The notes under the pieces were generated by a model. That model had not been told where the DNA came from. It saw nothing but the letters and a program-made list of their open reading frames with translations, and did no database searches. A stretch of 44,279 nt of DNA from Zetaproteobacteria bacterium (GTDB taxonomy: Bacteria; Pseudomonadota; Zetaproteobacteria; Mariprofundales; Mariprofundaceae): contig QILF01000012.1 in NCBI GenBank assembly GCA_003233235.1, positions 1 to 44,279 of the forward strand, in the 5' to 3' direction. The translations under genes were made by a program, and so were the position numbers. Below are positions 1 through 9,182 of the stretch, in pieces; positions within the stretch are counted from its first letter, which is position 1; each line of letters starts with the position of its first letter.

Positions 1-1
1 C

Positions 2-202
2 TACGCACAGTACGCGCTGCAATTCCACGCCGAAGTCGATACAGCGATTATTGAGCAATGGATCAATGCAGGAAACAGCGAGCAAGCACATCTGGGAAAA
101 TTCGGCATTACAGAAATCAGAAAGAAAACACCGCAATATCTCGAAGAAATGCGCTGTTTCTGTCGAGAAATGACAAAGAACTGGCTCCATTTGATAAATT
201 AA
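2..202 (+). CDS. 3' end of an ORF truncated by the window edge; C-terminus resembles class I glutamine amidotransferase-like proteins
   Basis: Frame 2 is open from the window edge to TAA at 200-202 (YAQYALQFHAEVDTAIIEQW...NWLHLIN*). LQFHAEV resembles the GATase1 QFHPE His-Glu motif. It is absent from the ORF track because it has no start codon in the window. Confidence 0.35.
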   Translation, partial: YAQYALQFHAEVDTAIIEQWINAGNSEQAHLGKFGITEIRKKTPQYLEEMRCFCREMTKNWLHLIN

Positions 203-225
203 GCGTAATTTTCATGAAAAAACCG

Positions 226-258
226 AGGGCGCACGATACGCCCCCTCGACTACAACTA
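226..258 (-). terminator. Rho-independent-type terminator downstream of amt
   Basis: The stem cgagggcg (234-241) pairs with cgccccctcg (249-258), leaving a 2-nt bulge and a 7-nt loop. An A-run at 226-232 gives a U-run on the minus strand. The hairpin lies between two convergent gene ends. Confidence 0.5.
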
Positions 259-283
259 CTCGACTGCAACTAAAATAACCTGT

Positions 284-1495
284 TCAGTGACCCGCCATAT
301 CTTCTTCGGGATAGGCACTGATTTTATGAATAGCCAGATCTGCACCCTGATATTCATCTTCTTCAGACAATCGAATCCCGATAAACAAATGGATTAAGCC
401 ATAAACGACGAACCCGTAAAACACGGCAATACTCACACCGGTCAAGGTACCGATAAGCTGGCTCAAGAAGGTCACTCCACCAGCACCACCCATCGTTACT
501 GTGCCGAAAATACCGGCAGCAATGCCGCCCCAGGCACCGCAAAAACCGTGCAGCGGAACCACGCCGAGCACATCATCCAATTTCAAGCGGTTTTGTATGA
601 ATTGAAAACCGTACACAAAACCTGAGCCTGCCACGATGCCAATAAACAACGCACCCAACGGATGCACCAGATCGGATCCTGCACAAATAGCAACAAGACC
701 TGCCAACGCGCCATTGTGTACAAAACCGGGGTCGTTCCTACCCGCGACCAGCGCCGCTAACAAACCGCCAACCATGGCCAGCAGCGAATTGATGGCTACA
801 AGTCCGGAAGCGCCATCGGCGGTTCCTGCACTCATCACGTTAAAACCGAACCAGCCGACGCACAATATCCACGATCCCAATGCCAGAAACGGTATATTCG
901 ACGGCAAAATAGCATTCGTGCCGCCATCTGCACGGTAACGGCCCCTACGCGGGCCGAGTATCGTCACCGCACCAAGCGCCATAAATCCGCCCATGGCATG
1001 CACCACGACAGAACCTGCAAAATCATGGAACTGCGCCCCAAAGTTTGTTTCCAACCACGTCTGATAACCGTAATTTCCACCCCAAATCAAACCCTCGTAA
1101 AATGGATAAATCAATCCGACGAGTATTACTGTGGCCAGCGCATTCGGCCAGAAGCGCACGCGTTCGGTGATGCCTCCGGAAATAATCGCCGGAACTGCCG
1201 CCGCAAAAGTCAGTAAAAAGAAGAAATGCACCAATTCATAGCCATTGGAAACGCCCTTGAGGTTATTCAATTCGGCCACGGGCAAGAAAAAATGGATGCC
1301 GTATGCAACAAAAAAACCGACAAAGAAATAGGCTACGGTGGAAAAACCAAAATCCGTAATCACGCGCACCAGCGCATTGACCTGATTTTTCCGGCGTACC
1401 GTGCCGACTTCGAGAAAAGCAAAACCGGCATGCATGGCCAGCACCATGGCTGCTCCCAAAGTTAGAAAAAAAACATCAAGCCCTGCTGTATTCAT
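284..1495 (-). CDS. amt: Ammonium transporter, Amt family (no signal peptide)
   Basis: 403 aa polytopic membrane protein with Amt-type segments (AGFAFLEVG, FHDFAGSVVVHAMGG, LHGFCGAWGGIAAGIF). It lies 27 nt downstream of a PII gene. Confidence 0.9.
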   Translation of the reverse strand: MNTAGLDVFFLTLGAAMVLAMHAGFAFLEVGTVRRKNQVNALVRVITDFGFSTVAYFFVGFFVAYGIHFFLPVAELNNLKGVSNGYELVHFFFLLTFAAAVPAIISGGITERVRFWPNALATVILVGLIYPFYEGLIWGGNYGYQTWLETNFGAQFHDFAGSVVVHAMGGFMALGAVTILGPRRGRYRADGGTNAILPSNIPFLALGSWILCVGWFGFNVMSAGTADGASGLVAINSLLAMVGGLLAALVAGRNDPGFVHNGALAGLVAICAGSDLVHPLGALFIGIVAGSGFVYGFQFIQNRLKLDDVLGVVPLHGFCGAWGGIAAGIFGTVTMGGAGGVTFLSQLIGTLTGVSIAVFYGFVVYGLIHLFIGIRLSEEDEYQGADLAIHKISAYPEEDMAGH

Positions 1496-1522
1496 TTACC
1501 TATCCCTCCCGGTTACTGCTTT

Positions 1523-1867
<345 letters not shown>

Positions 1868-1882
1868 TCACCCTTCCCTAGG

Positions 1883-1906
1883 CTTGTTTCATCAAACCGA
1901 AACAAG
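1883..1906 (-). promoter_or_regulatory. Perfect 8-bp stem hairpin in the 5' leader of glnK-amt (second pair)
   Basis: cttgtttc (1883-1890) and gaaacaag (1899-1906) form a perfect inverted repeat with an 8-nt loop. It sits 19 nt upstream of the glnK ATG, just before the SD gggtgagg. Confidence 0.3.
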
Positions 1907-2166
1907 ATTCCGATTTCTACTACCGTCCCGCTCAAGGTCAAGGTTGGCGACATATTCACAGCTGTACTTATCAACGATGCCTTTTCATTTCACTTAAGGA
2001 ATCTCTGAATAACTCCGGCTTGATGAGAGTGTCGCGCAAAACAGGCAAGTTCAAGGCAAGGATTGCAAGGCATAGCACCGCTATGGCTCAAATCTTTAAC
2101 GCGGAAATCGTTTATTTTACATGCAGCAGCATGAATCATGGTTTGTTCAGCACGTCCTTAAACATG

Positions 2167-2203
2167 AAAAAAGGGAGCAACCCGAAGGTCACTCCCCTTT
2201 TTT
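2167..2203 (-). terminator. Rho-independent terminator after amtB (bidirectional architecture)
   Basis: On the minus strand: GGGAGTGACC-TTCG-GGTTGCTCCC, a 10-bp stem with two G:U pairs and a UUCG tetraloop, followed by TTTTTT. On the plus strand the stem is 2173-2196, flanked by an A-run and a T-run. Confidence 0.7.
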
Positions 2204-2268
2204 CTGAACACCTTTGCCGAAGGGTGGTTAAAAAATAGCGCAGGTATTCATTCGCTCAGCAAGCAGGA

Positions 2269-3564
2269 TTATTCGTAAACCTGCTCACCATGCTGTGTGA
2301 TATCCAAACCTTCGCGCTCCTCTTCCTCACTCACACGCAAGCCAATCAGCATGTCGATAACCTTGAGGATAACGAATGTTACGGTGGCATCGTAAACAAT
2401 CGTGTACAACACCGCTTCAGCCTGAACACCTAACTGGGAGACCATACTCATTCCCTCGGCTAAACCAGCACCGCCAAATGAAGCGTCTACGAATACGCCG
2501 GTCAGCATGGCACCAACGATGCCACCCACGGCATGCACACCGAAGGCATCCAGCGAATCATCATAACCGAGTATCTTCTTAAGCTTGGAAACAGCCCAGA
2601 AACAGACCAAACCGGCAGTTAAACCAATCGCCAGCGCGCCAATCGGCCCGACAAAACCTGATGCCGGGGTAATTGCGACCAGACCGGCGACAGCACCGGA
2701 ACAGGCACCGAGCAAACTCGGCTTCTTGTACACAACCCATTCAGCAAAGGTCCAAGCCAGCACGGCCATCGCCGTAGCCACCTGCGTAACCAGCATGGCC
2801 ATGCCGGCGGTGCCGTCTGCAGCCAACTCCGAACCGGCGTTGAAACCAAACCAACCAACCCACAACATTGCTGCACCAATCATCGTTAGCACCAGATTAT
2901 GCGGCAACATCGGCTCTTTCGGGAACCCGACGCGCTTGCCGAGCACCAACGCACAAACCAAACCAGCCACACCGGCATTGATATGCACTACCGTACCACC
3001 GGCGAAATCAAGCGTCCCCGCATTTTGCAAGAAACCGCCGCCCCACACCCAGTGGGTAATCGGGGCATACACGGCCAGCACCCAGACAGACATGAATATC
3101 AAAATCGCAGAAAACTTCATGCGATCAGCAAAAGCACCGATAATCAGTACCGGGGTGATAATGGCAAACGTCATCTGGAAGGTGGCAAACACGGTTTCCG
3201 GAATCGTGCCGGAAAGCGCGTCGTAACCGACACCGCTGAAGAATGCCTTGGAAAGTCCACCGATAAAGGCATTACCATCTGTAAAGGCCAGCGAATAACC
3301 GCACACCACCCACAAAACACTCATCAGCGCGGCAATGGTGATGGTCTGCATGCAAATGCTCAGAACGTTCTTTTTGCGCACCATACCGCCGTAGAATAAT
3401 GCCAATCCCGGCAAGGTCATCAGCAATACCAGTGCGGTAGCCGTAATCATCCAGGCTGTATCGCCGGAATCAAGTTTGGCCGCTTCTTCCGCCAGCGCCA
3501 ACCCCGGCATCATCAGCAATGCAGGCAATGCTGCCCACATGGATAAAGATAATTTGCGTATCAT
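2269..3564 (-). CDS. amtB: Ammonium transporter AmtB (with cleavable signal peptide)
   Basis: 431 aa with signal peptide MIRKLSLSMWAALPALLMMPGLALA. Amt motifs are LDFAGGTVVHINAGVAGL and AFGVHAVGGIVGAMLTG. The SD is gaggag, and the gene lies 39 nt downstream of glnK. Confidence 0.93.
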   Translation of the reverse strand: MIRKLSLSMWAALPALLMMPGLALAEEAAKLDSGDTAWMITATALVLLMTLPGLALFYGGMVRKKNVLSICMQTITIAALMSVLWVVCGYSLAFTDGNAFIGGLSKAFFSGVGYDALSGTIPETVFATFQMTFAIITPVLIIGAFADRMKFSAILIFMSVWVLAVYAPITHWVWGGGFLQNAGTLDFAGGTVVHINAGVAGLVCALVLGKRVGFPKEPMLPHNLVLTMIGAAMLWVGWFGFNAGSELAADGTAGMAMLVTQVATAMAVLAWTFAEWVVYKKPSLLGACSGAVAGLVAITPASGFVGPIGALAIGLTAGLVCFWAVSKLKKILGYDDSLDAFGVHAVGGIVGAMLTGVFVDASFGGAGLAEGMSMVSQLGVQAEAVLYTIVYDATVTFVILKVIDMLIGLRVSEEEEREGLDITQHGEQVYE

Positions 3565-3603
3565 TGTTTTCTCCTCGTTTTAATTTGATGAAATGGATTC
3601 TGC

Positions 3604-3942
3604 TTAAACTGCGGATTCGTCTTCTTCGCCGGTGCGAATACGCACAGTGCGCACCACATCAAGAATGAAGATTTTGCCGTCGCCAACCTTGCCGCTATTG
3701 GCCGCTTTGCAAATGGCATCGACCACTGCGTCGGCTTGATCGGATGCCACGACCACGGTCAACTCGACCTTGGGCACAAAATCCACTTGGTATTCAGAGC
3801 CGCGATATAGTTCGGTATGCCCCTTCTGACGACCATGCCCGCGCACTTCGGCAACAGTCATTCCGGAAACGCCCAATGCAATCAGCGCTTCTTTCGCTTC
3901 GTCCAACTTGAAAGGCTTGAGTATCGCCTTGATCATTTTCAT
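3604..3942 (-). CDS. glnK: Nitrogen regulatory protein PII (GlnK)
   Basis: 112 aa with T-loop [17 protein letters not shown] and SD aaggag. The classic glnK-amtB pairing is present. Confidence 0.93.
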   Translation of the reverse strand: MKMIKAILKPFKLDEAKEALIALGVSGMTVAEVRGHGRQKGHTELYRGSEYQVDFVPKVELTVVVASDQADAVVDAICKAANSGKVGDGKIFILDVVRTVRIRTGEEDESAV

Positions 3943-4024
3943 GTAATTTCTCCTTGATTAATATGCTGTCAACTGACTAATCGGGAATTAGAGGGGAAAC
4001 TCAGCCCCTCCTGTCCCATAGTAA

Positions 4025-5158
4025 TTAGAACTTGTAGATTGCCTCAAGTGCAGCCGTATCCTGTGTTTTTTTGGTATTTCCGTTCGATTCCAGAAAAGAA
4101 CGCTTATCCGACCAGTCATGGCGGTACTCGCCGCGCAGTTCCACATGTTCCGTTGCCGCAAAAGCCAATGTCGAGGTGACCTCTTTCCATTTCTGCACAG
4201 TTCCACTGCGGAAACCGTCACGATCATCAAAATATTCGCCGCGCACGGCCAGACGCCACTGATCCGTAAACTGGTAATTACCATAACCGGCTACACCCCA
4301 CCACTTGGCGGCAGCACCCGTTGCAGTTCCTTTTTTCTGGACGCCATAGTCGGCATTGATCACGAAACTAAGCTGATCCGTAGCGTTAATCGTCGCCACA
4401 GCATCAATCAGGCTCCTGTTGCCCTTCTGTCCAGCAGTACCATCTTCAACCCCGCTTATACCTTGAACACTCAGTGAAAATATATCCGACGGCGTGATAG
4501 AAATCGCAGCTTCAACAGCTTTCTGCTTGTTATTGTCTTTCTGATTGTCCCAGCCGTTGTTAACACCCACGGTAACGGACAACGTATCGTTAATGCCATA
4601 GTGCAAACGCGCGCCTGTATGTGTGAACGGAATCGCGTATCCGAACAGAATGGAACGGGAGAAGTTCAAGTTGTCAGGACTTTCGATCACTTCAGCGCCT
4701 ATCAGGGTAGCAAATTTACCGAGCATCAAGTGTGCGCCGCCCGTTTTATAGCTAACAAAAGCCTGCTGCATATCAAACTGATCGTTAGACCCTGTACCGG
4801 CTGAGGCCGTCACATCCGCATCGGTACCGGCATTGAGTACCACAACACCGCCGAAACCTTCATCCGGCTGCATGCTGATGGACAACTCTGCCATATTGAA
4901 ATTAAAACTATTGGCTTCACGATCGAACACACGGTTGGCTGTACCATCCGTGAAGGTAGTATTTCCGTTACCACTGTAGGTAAAAGAGCTGTCAATGTAA
5001 CCGGCAATTTTGATGTCAGAGGCATCAAGTATCTCGCCAAAAGTAGGGATTTGCGCCTTTTCATCGGCCATTTCCGCCGCTAAAGATAGCCCCGGCACGG
5101 ATGCCAATCCCAACAATCCAGCGATTAACGTAACATATTTCATGCTTTTCATTTTCAT
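4025..5158 (-). CDS. Outer-membrane beta-barrel porin, first gene of the glnK-amtB transcription unit
   Basis: 377 aa with a signal peptide ending ...VPGLSLA|AE. The sequence is rich in alternating aromatic/Gly beta-strand patterns and ends with the OMP-type C-terminus ...ALEAIYKF. The SD is ggagga. Confidence 0.7.
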   Translation of the reverse strand: MKMKSMKYVTLIAGLLGLASVPGLSLAAEMADEKAQIPTFGEILDASDIKIAGYIDSSFTYSGNGNTTFTDGTANRVFDREANSFNFNMAELSISMQPDEGFGGVVVLNAGTDADVTASAGTGSNDQFDMQQAFVSYKTGGAHLMLGKFATLIGAEVIESPDNLNFSRSILFGYAIPFTHTGARLHYGINDTLSVTVGVNNGWDNQKDNNKQKAVEAAISITPSDIFSLSVQGISGVEDGTAGQKGNRSLIDAVATINATDQLSFVINADYGVQKKGTATGAAAKWWGVAGYGNYQFTDQWRLAVRGEYFDDRDGFRSGTVQKWKEVTSTLAFAATEHVELRGEYRHDWSDKRSFLESNGNTKKTQDTAALEAIYKF

Positions 5159-5217
5159 CTTTCCTCCATGGTTTCTAAATGCTTAATGAGCTTGCGCCCA
5201 ACTGCTGCTCATATATT

Positions 5218-5233
5218 AGCATAAGATATGCCA
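5218..5233 (-). promoter_or_regulatory. Sigma-54 (-24/-12) promoter candidate for porin-glnK-amtB
   Basis: The minus strand reads TTGGCATATCTTATGCT, against the consensus TGGCAC-N5-TTGC. GG and GC are separated by exactly 10 nt. The site is about 60 nt upstream of the porin ATG. Confidence 0.6.
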
Positions 5234-5434
5234 ATAGTCTGAATTGTCATATTCGTTAATATATATCATATTATTAAACATAGACTAGCTTTCGAACGGC
5301 CTCATATGCCTAATATTTATTCATTGATGCCTATTTATTAGGCTCTTCTGATGTTGTGGCGAACTGTGTGGAGACTGCTATCCTTGCGCCTGATCGCGTT
5401 TAATGATTCTGAAACTTACGGAAGGCAACTGAAA

Positions 5435-5935
5435 ATGGACGGACATCAGACACAACAACTGGCATGGGGCATCGGCTTTACCTGCGTCATGTATATCGTC
5501 GGCAACGGCGTGTGGATTAACCATTTGGCGCGGCAGAAGCTGTGGAAGGGTTGGTTAATGTGGCTCACCGCCGCACTCGCCATGATTATCGCCGGCGCAT
5601 TTATTGATATTCGCCTGTCTGGATCGACCCATGGCCTGTGGCAGCAAATAACCGGCGTGGATAAAGAAAACCACTGGATAGCACTGACCTTATTCGCCCT
5701 GATGAGTACACCGGGAGCCGCCAGTGTGATTTTCCGGCTTGGCACAATCTGGACCCGCCTTGCCCTGATTTTACCCGCCATCGTCGTGTTCATCCCCGCA
5801 GGTATGCAGCTAGGTAGCGGTAGTGGCAGCATCGCAGCAGGCCTTGGCCTGACGCTGGCTGTCTGCGCTTTACTTGCTTTCTGGCAGATGATGCTTGATA
5901 TCGAACCGCTGGCAAAACAGAAAAAAGCGGCATGA
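5435..5935 (+). CDS. Hypothetical integral membrane protein (about 4 TM), translationally coupled to argB
   Basis: I place the start at ATG 5435, preceded by ggaagg; the ORF track starts at 5351. The protein has several hydrophobic helices. Its stop overlaps the argB ATG (ATGA at 5932-5935). Confidence 0.5.
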   Translation: MDGHQTQQLAWGIGFTCVMYIVGNGVWINHLARQKLWKGWLMWLTAALAMIIAGAFIDIRLSGSTHGLWQQITGVDKENHWIALTLFALMSTPGAASVIFRLGTIWTRLALILPAIVVFIPAGMQLGSGSGSIAAGLGLTLAVCALLAFWQMMLDIEPLAKQKKAA

Positions 5936-6828
5936 AACACGCCCACGAACGGGCGGCGACCCTGATCGAGGCTCTCCCCTACCTGCAACGCTTCTCTGAG
6001 CAGACAGTGGTGATTAAATATGGCGGCAATGCCATGGTTGAGGATGAACTGAAGGCAAGTTTCGCCACCGATATTACCCTGCTTAAGCAGGTCGGCATCA
6101 ATCCCGTTATCATCCACGGCGGCGGCCCGCAAATCGGCAGCATGCTTGAGAAAGTCGGTAAGGAAGCCAAATTCGTATCCGGCATGCGGGTTACAGATAG
6201 CGAAACCATGGATGTGGTGGAAATGGTGCTGGCCGGACTGGTGAACAAGGAAATTGTCGCCAACATCAATCGTGCCGGAGGCAAAGCAGTCGGGCTTTCC
6301 GGCAAAGACGGCGGCTTGATCTGCGCTCGAAAATTGAAAATCAAGGCTGGTTCCGGTGATTCCCCGGAACTCAACGTGCCTGAAATTATTGATATTGGCC
6401 ATGTCGGCGAGGTGCACAGCATTAATACCGGCATTCTAAAACTACTGGAACAGGATCGCTTTGTACCGGTCATCGCACCTGTCGGTTACCACAAGTCCGA
6501 AGGCCAAAGCTACAATATTAATGCTGATCTGGTCGCCGGAGCCATTGCCGAAGCACTCGGCGCAGCCAAGCTGGTGCTGCTCACCGATGTCGAAGGGGTA
6601 CTTGATGCGGATGCACAACTGTGCTCGAAGCTCGATAGCGCACAAACACGGAAAATGATGACTGACGGAATTATCTCCGGCGGCATGATTCCGAAGGCGA
6701 ATTGCTGTCTGGATGCAGTTGCACATGGCGTTGCCAACGCGCACATCATTGATGGCCGCGTGCCGCATGCGGTATTGCTGGAGATTCTCACCGACGAAGG
6801 TATCGGCACGCTATTTACCGACGCATAA
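5932..6828 (+). CDS. argB: Acetylglutamate kinase
   Basis: 298 aa with amino-acid-kinase family motifs: [23 protein letters not shown], and ...[30 protein letters not shown]. Confidence 0.92.
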   Translation: MKHAHERAATLIEALPYLQRFSEQTVVIKYGGNAMVEDELKASFATDITLLKQVGINPVIIHGGGPQIGSMLEKVGKEAKFVSGMRVTDSETMDVVEMVLAGLVNKEIVANINRAGGKAVGLSGKDGGLICARKLKIKAGSGDSPELNVPEIIDIGHVGEVHSINTGILKLLEQDRFVPVIAPVGYHKSEGQSYNINADLVAGAIAEALGAAKLVLLTDVEGVLDADAQLCSKLDSAQTRKMMTDGIISGGMIPKANCCLDAVAHGVANAHIIDGRVPHAVLLEILTDEGIGTLFTDA

Positions 6829-6883
6829 GCCAAAAAGGAATGCAATTCACCCTGCATCATCCGATAACTGCTAAAATAACGAC

Positions 6884-8443
6884 ATGGCAATACACGCAAC
6901 AAAGCAAAATCAAACCGAGAGGCTCATTCATGCCATGCGGCAGGTGGATTTTTATCCACACCCCGTACAATGCATCGACATGCTGCAAACCCACGCATCC
7001 TGCGTATTTCTCACCGGAGAGCTAGCCTACAAACTGAAGAAACATGTTGATTTCGGTTTCCTTGATTTCTCAACATTGGCCAAACGAAAATATTTCTGCG
7101 ACGAAGAATTACATCTTAACCGCCGCCTTGCAGAAGAGCTTTACCTTGAAGTTCTGCCCATATCTGAAGACAAAAACGGTCATTTTCTACTTGGCGGAAC
7201 GAAAAACATCATCGATTACTGCTTGAAAATGCTGCAATTTCCACAAAAAGACCTGCTCAGCAAACGTTTGGCGAACAGCGACTTCAATCCGCAATGGCTG
7301 GATATTCTGGCTACCGACATTGTCCATTTTCATGATCAATCCGGCCCCTCCCCGGCAAGCGAACATTACGGACAACAAGCATTTCTAGCCAAACACATTG
7401 ACGCATCACTACGCGAGGCAGCACAACATGATGCAGCACAACAAACAGGGCGCGTAATGAACGAGGCTCAACTGCGCGAACTAACCGCGCAAAGCCAGGC
7501 GCAGCTTGAGAAAAACAAACTGCTGTTCGCCGAACGCATTGCTACAGGCCGTATCCGCGACGGCCACGGTGATCTGCATCTCGGCAACATCACCTTGTTG
7601 CACGACAAACCGCTGATTTTCGACTGCATCGAATTCAACAAAGAATTCCGCATTATCGATACCCTGAACGATGCTGCATTTCTCATGATGGACTGCGAAG
7701 CACGCGGCCATCCGGATCTGGCCTTCCGGTTTCTGTCCCGCTATCTCGAATGCAGCGGTGATTATTCAGGCATGCCGCTTCTCTCGCTCTTTCTCTCCTA
7801 TCGCGCCGGGGTACGCGGCAAAGTCGCCTGCCTGCTCGCCGACGATAACGCCATTGATGAGAAAAAGCGGCAGAGAAAGCTGGATGAGGCTAGCCGCTAC
7901 TTCGCATTGGCTGGCCGCTATCTGAACAAAAGAACAGCGCGCTTATTCATCGTTGGAGGGCTATCGGGAAGTGGCAAAAGCCACCTTGCCCTTAAAGGGT
8001 GCGGCATCGAACGCGCGGTCATTATCCGCTCCGACGCCATTCGCAAAGTTATTGCAGCATCAGCTACGGACAATGCACTGTATAGCGACGCGATGACCGA
8101 ACACACCTACCGGCACATGTTTGAAATAACCACATCACTTCTGCAAACCGGCTGGCCGGTGATTCTCGATGCCACCTTCCTGCGCAGCGATTTCCGGCAG
8201 CAGGCACGTGTAATCGCTGCATCTGCAGGCGTGGATTGCCATCTGCTCTGGTTGGATATTAACAAGGATAAACTACGCTGGAACATCGCCCGACGCGCAT
8301 CCAAGGGCATTGATATTTCCGATGCAGGACTGGATGTTCTGGACAGGCAAACGGCTGTTTACCGCAGACCTGAGGAAGCGGATATTCGTTTTCTCGATAA
8401 TGCGGACTGCTGGCCAAGCATGCATTTCTCCACAGGGCAATAA
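6884..8443 (+). CDS. Bifunctional aminoglycoside-phosphotransferase-like kinase / P-loop ATP-binding protein
   Basis: 519 aa. The N-terminal half has the APH/choline-kinase catalytic loop HGDLHLGNI followed by ...IFDCIEF. The C-terminal half has Walker A GGLSGSGKS (AAA_33/zeta-like kinase fold). Confidence 0.7.
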   Translation: MAIHATKQNQTERLIHAMRQVDFYPHPVQCIDMLQTHASCVFLTGELAYKLKKHVDFGFLDFSTLAKRKYFCDEELHLNRRLAEELYLEVLPISEDKNGHFLLGGTKNIIDYCLKMLQFPQKDLLSKRLANSDFNPQWLDILATDIVHFHDQSGPSPASEHYGQQAFLAKHIDASLREAAQHDAAQQTGRVMNEAQLRELTAQSQAQLEKNKLLFAERIATGRIRDGHGDLHLGNITLLHDKPLIFDCIEFNKEFRIIDTLNDAAFLMMDCEARGHPDLAFRFLSRYLECSGDYSGMPLLSLFLSYRAGVRGKVACLLADDNAIDEKKRQRKLDEASRYFALAGRYLNKRTARLFIVGGLSGSGKSHLALKGCGIERAVIIRSDAIRKVIAASATDNALYSDAMTEHTYRHMFEITTSLLQTGWPVILDATFLRSDFRQQARVIAASAGVDCHLLWLDINKDKLRWNIARRASKGIDISDAGLDVLDRQTAVYRRPEEADIRFLDNADCWPSMHFSTGQ

Positions 8444-8446
8444 AAA

Positions 8447-8464
8447 AGGCGGCCAAAGCCGCCT
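8447..8464. terminator. Bidirectional terminator hairpin between convergent genes
   Basis: aGGCGGC-caaa-GCCGCCt, flanked by an upstream A-run (8442-8447) and a downstream T-rich tail. Confidence 0.55.
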
Positions 8465-8485
8465 CATTTAAGACTTAAGCACGTA

Positions 8486-9076
8486 TTAGTCGTGCATCAT
8501 CTGTTCATTCTCGGATAAAGAATTCTCAAATGCCGAACGTTCGAACAGGCGATCCATATACGCTTCCAAATGACTCCACTTGGCTGTATCAATTTTCATC
8601 GACGACATTCGCCACAAAATCGGCGCCAGCGAAACATCGGCCAATGTGTAGCTATCGCCGACAAAATACTCCTGCCGCGCCAGATAGGTGTCCAACGAAT
8701 CCAGATAATCGCTTATTTTCTTTTTAGCTTCGCCTTTGCCACCGGCTTTTTCAAGTTCATTGTAAAGTGGAAAAAGCTCCTGTTCAATACGAATCACCGC
8801 CAGACGCATCTGCGCCCGCTCGGCAGGTGAACCGGGTTTCAAAGGCGGATGCGGATAACGCTCGTCGAGGTATTCGTTAACCACCGAAGCCTCGAACAGA
8901 ATCGTGTTACGATCTTCCAGTGTCGGCAACCTGCCTGCCGGATTAATATCGAGCAAGGCTTGCGGAATTTCACCGTCTTCCACATCAACAATTTCACAGG
9001 GAAGCTCCTTCTCAGCGAGAACGATACGTGTGCGATGGGAATCGGGACTAACCGGATCCGAATAAAGCTTGATCAT
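8486..9076 (-). CDS. sspA: Stringent starvation protein A (GST-like)
   Basis: 196 aa. Several segments closely parallel E. coli SspA: HRTRIVLAEKELPCEIVDVE, LPTLEDRNTILFEASVVNEYLDERYPHPPL, and LADVSLAPILWRM. Confidence 0.75.
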   Translation of the reverse strand: MIKLYSDPVSPDSHRTRIVLAEKELPCEIVDVEDGEIPQALLDINPAGRLPTLEDRNTILFEASVVNEYLDERYPHPPLKPGSPAERAQMRLAVIRIEQELFPLYNELEKAGGKGEAKKKISDYLDSLDTYLARQEYFVGDSYTLADVSLAPILWRMSSMKIDTAKWSHLEAYMDRLFERSAFENSLSENEQMMHD

Positions 9077-9182
9077 GCATACCTCCAGTGGCGGGCGCGG
9101 CAGTGTAGCGTTTATGGCTAAAAAATAAAGGTCTTATATCGGAAACAGCGATTTAGCAGCGTTCTCGCCCACTTGAGGAACG

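Noticed and set aside
58-273. 71-aa ORF in the ORF track at the left edge.
   Set aside because: It is out of frame with the better-supported edge-truncated ORF (frame 2, ending at 202), runs through the terminator hairpin, and has a basic low-complexity composition.
2064-2080. Sigma-54-like sequence CGGTGCTATGCCTTGCA (minus strand) upstream of the second glnK-amt pair.
   Set aside because: The GG-to-GC spacing is 11 nt rather than the required 10, and the -24 element is GGTGC rather than GGCAC. I kept it only as a weak alternative.
5446-6417. Long antisense ORFs, such as this 323-aa ORF opposite argB. Similar ones lie at 1401-1997, 2585-3226, 10593-11169, 24080-24781 and 39591-40097.
   Set aside because: They lie opposite or out of frame to genes with clear family motifs. 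They have low-complexity Ala/Pro/Arg/Ser-rich composition typical of shadow frames and lack an RBS.
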